Part shown: positions 55,929-57,175 of the stretch, in pieces
Layout of the letters: every line of letters starts with the position of its first letter
Position numbering within the stretch: the stretch's first letter is position 1
From: an uncultured Erysipelotrichaceae bacterium
GTDB lineage: Bacteria; Bacillota_I; Bacilli_A; RF39; UBA660
Assembly: GCA_902797265.1 (NCBI GenBank)
Contig: CADBSF010000023.1
Coordinates: 1-57,175, forward strand
DNA: 57,175 bases
Direction: 5' to 3'
Position numbers and translations under genes: made by a program
Notes under the pieces: model-generated
What the model was told of the DNA's origin: nothing
Seen by the model: only the letters and a program-made list of their open reading frames with translations
Databases searched by the model: none

Positions 55929-57111
55929 TCGTATCAACCTTTCTCATCATAGAATATTCCCCTAATTCAATATCCGTATTACATTCGATAAAATAGATGT
56001 CATCAGGATGTCTTGCTACTTCAACTGGATTCTTATCTTTATCATATAATTTTTCTACTAAAAATACATAATGATCTCCTAATGGATTAAATACTTCTAC
56101 ATAATCTCCTACTTCAAAATAATTTCTTTCATAAAATTGAATTAGATGATTCTCTTTATCATAGGAAATCACTTGTCCTAAATAATCTTGATTAGATACT
56201 TCACTTCTACCAGTATAATACTGATCCGTATCATCTGCTTCTTTTAATAAATAATGAGTAGAGGTTTCTCGATTCGCAACTCGATCTAATCGATATTCAA
56301 GAATTCTCATCTTATCTTCTGTCATACTTCCTTCATAATAAGAATCAATAATTTCTCGATAAGCTCCAATAACGGTTGCTAGATAATAAAGAGATCTCAT
56401 TCTACCTTCCACTTTTAAACTCTTAACACCTGCTTCAATTAATAAAGAAATATATTTGGATAAGTTATTATCTTTTAAAGCCATCGTAAAATCTTCTTTT
56501 TCTAAAGGATTGAAAAAAGAAAATCTACATACTTGACTACATCCTCCACGATTAGCATCTCTATTCGTTACATAATTTGATAAGGCACATCTTCCACTAT
56601 AACAAGTACACATTGCTCCATGAATGAATACTTCTATATCAATCTTACACTTTTCAATAATTTCTTTCATTTCTTTTAAAGATACTTCACGAGCAAGTAC
56701 TACTCGATCAATTCCTTCTTCTTTAAAGAATTCTATTGCTTTATAATTACTAGTAGAATTTTGAGTAGAAAGATGTACTTCTATCTGATAATTCTTCTTA
56801 ATATAAGAAATAATAAAAGGATCACTTACAATAAAAGCATCAATTCCAGCATCTACTACTTGATCAATATATTCTTCTACTCCATCCATATCTTCATTGT
56901 GGAAAACAATATTTAAAGTAAGATAAACTTTTTTCCCCAAGTTATGTGCAAAATTACAACCTTCTCGTATCTCTTCTAAAGTAAAGTTAGTAGCATTCGC
57001 TCTTAATCCATATTTTTCTCCTCCAATATAGACAGCATCTGCTCCATATAATAATGTTACTTTTAATCTTTCTAAGTCTCCTGCTGGAGACAATAATTCT
57101 ATTTTATCCAT
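55900..57111 (-). CDS. peptidase U32 family protein
   Basis: Starts MDKIELLSPAGDLERLKVTLLYGADAVYIGG and has the U32 signature region EVFIHGAMCTCYSGRCALSNY. 403 aa. Confidence 0.85.
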   Translation of the reverse strand: MDKIELLSPAGDLERLKVTLLYGADAVYIGGEKYGLRANATNFTLEEIREGCNFAHNLGKKVYLTLNIVFHNEDMDGVEEYIDQVVDAGIDAFIVSDPFIISYIKKNYQIEVHLSTQNSTSNYKAIEFFKEEGIDRVVLAREVSLKEMKEIIEKCKIDIEVFIHGAMCTCYSGRCALSNYVTNRDANRGGCSQVCRFSFFNPLEKEDFTMALKDNNLSKYISLLIEAGVKSLKVEGRMRSLYYLATVIGAYREIIDSYYEGSMTEDKMRILEYRLDRVANRETSTHYLLKEADDTDQYYTGRSEVSNQDYLGQVISYDKENHLIQFYERNYFEVGDYVEVFNPLGDHYVFLVEKLYDKDKNPVEVARHPDDIYFIECNTDIELGEYSMMRKVDTNESIRESKI

Positions 57112-57175
57112 TTTTCTTCACCCTATAAATTGTCTTCTTAAAAAAGAAATTCGTATAATTACCAAGAACTTTCCA
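57107..57175 (-). CDS. 3' end of an upstream gene entering from the right edge (partial)
   Basis: A minus-strand frame is open from the window edge (...WKVLGNYTNFFFKKTIYRVKKNG*), with its stop overlapping the U32 start (ATGGATAA). Only 22 codons are visible. Confidence 0.3.

Noticed and set aside
1-57175. CRISPR arrays, rRNA/tRNA genes, IS elements or prophage genes
   Set aside because: No regularly spaced direct repeats, no GC-rich structured RNA-like islands, no transposase-like ORFs and no terminal inverted repeats were seen. Intergenic gaps are almost all under 150 nt and are accounted for by promoters and terminators.

Overview
Very AT-rich segment (by eye well under 35% GC; not computed). 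It looks like the chromosome of a low-GC Gram-positive bacterium (Bacillota, Erysipelotrichia/Clostridia-like), based on GGAGG-type RBSs, a CIRCE operator, sortase-like genes and the standard genetic code. There are about 55 tightly packed genes, all but two on the minus strand. No rRNA, tRNA, CRISPR array, transposase or integrase was recognised.

Positions 1-20.5 kb and 53.5-57.2 kb carry ordinary housekeeping genes:
- Left flank: galE, a NUDIX hydrolase, a NifS-like desulfurase with a thioredoxin/CcdA-type redox pair, phosphoketolase, htpG behind a CIRCE operator, a rhomboid protease, trpS, rmuC, a DedA-family protein and a rhodanese.
- Right flank: greA, an HD-domain dGTPase-like protein and a U32 peptidase.

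Between them, 20,536-53,386 is one uninterrupted, co-directional ~33-kb locus bounded by rho-independent terminators. It joins three modules that are normally separate:
1. A tandemly duplicated four-gene module: an Ig-like/'GVRP' surface protein, a class-B-sortase-like enzyme, a ~915-965-aa secreted protein with ~30 cysteines, and a ~170-aa N-anchored protein.
2. A Tad/Flp-type pilus engine: CpaB-like, TadA/CpaF ATPase, TadB-like, TadC-like, a 51-aa pilin-like ORF absent from the ORF track, two Cys-rich pseudopilin-like proteins, and a TadZ-like protein with a degenerate P-loop.
3. A Gram-positive-type type IV secretion core: two VirB2-like small membrane proteins, VirB6-like, PrgI/VirB3-like, VirB4 split into two coupled ORFs, a SpoIID-plus-cysteine-peptidase wall hydrolase, and a VirD4/TraG coupling protein.

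No relaxase, integrase, replication gene, prepilin peptidase or canonical sortase substrate is visible in the locus. Near-consensus SigA promoters sit at the module junctions. This hybrid Tad-T4SS-sortase locus is the main candidate for an undescribed system. All functional calls rest on motifs read by eye and need HMM or structure confirmation.
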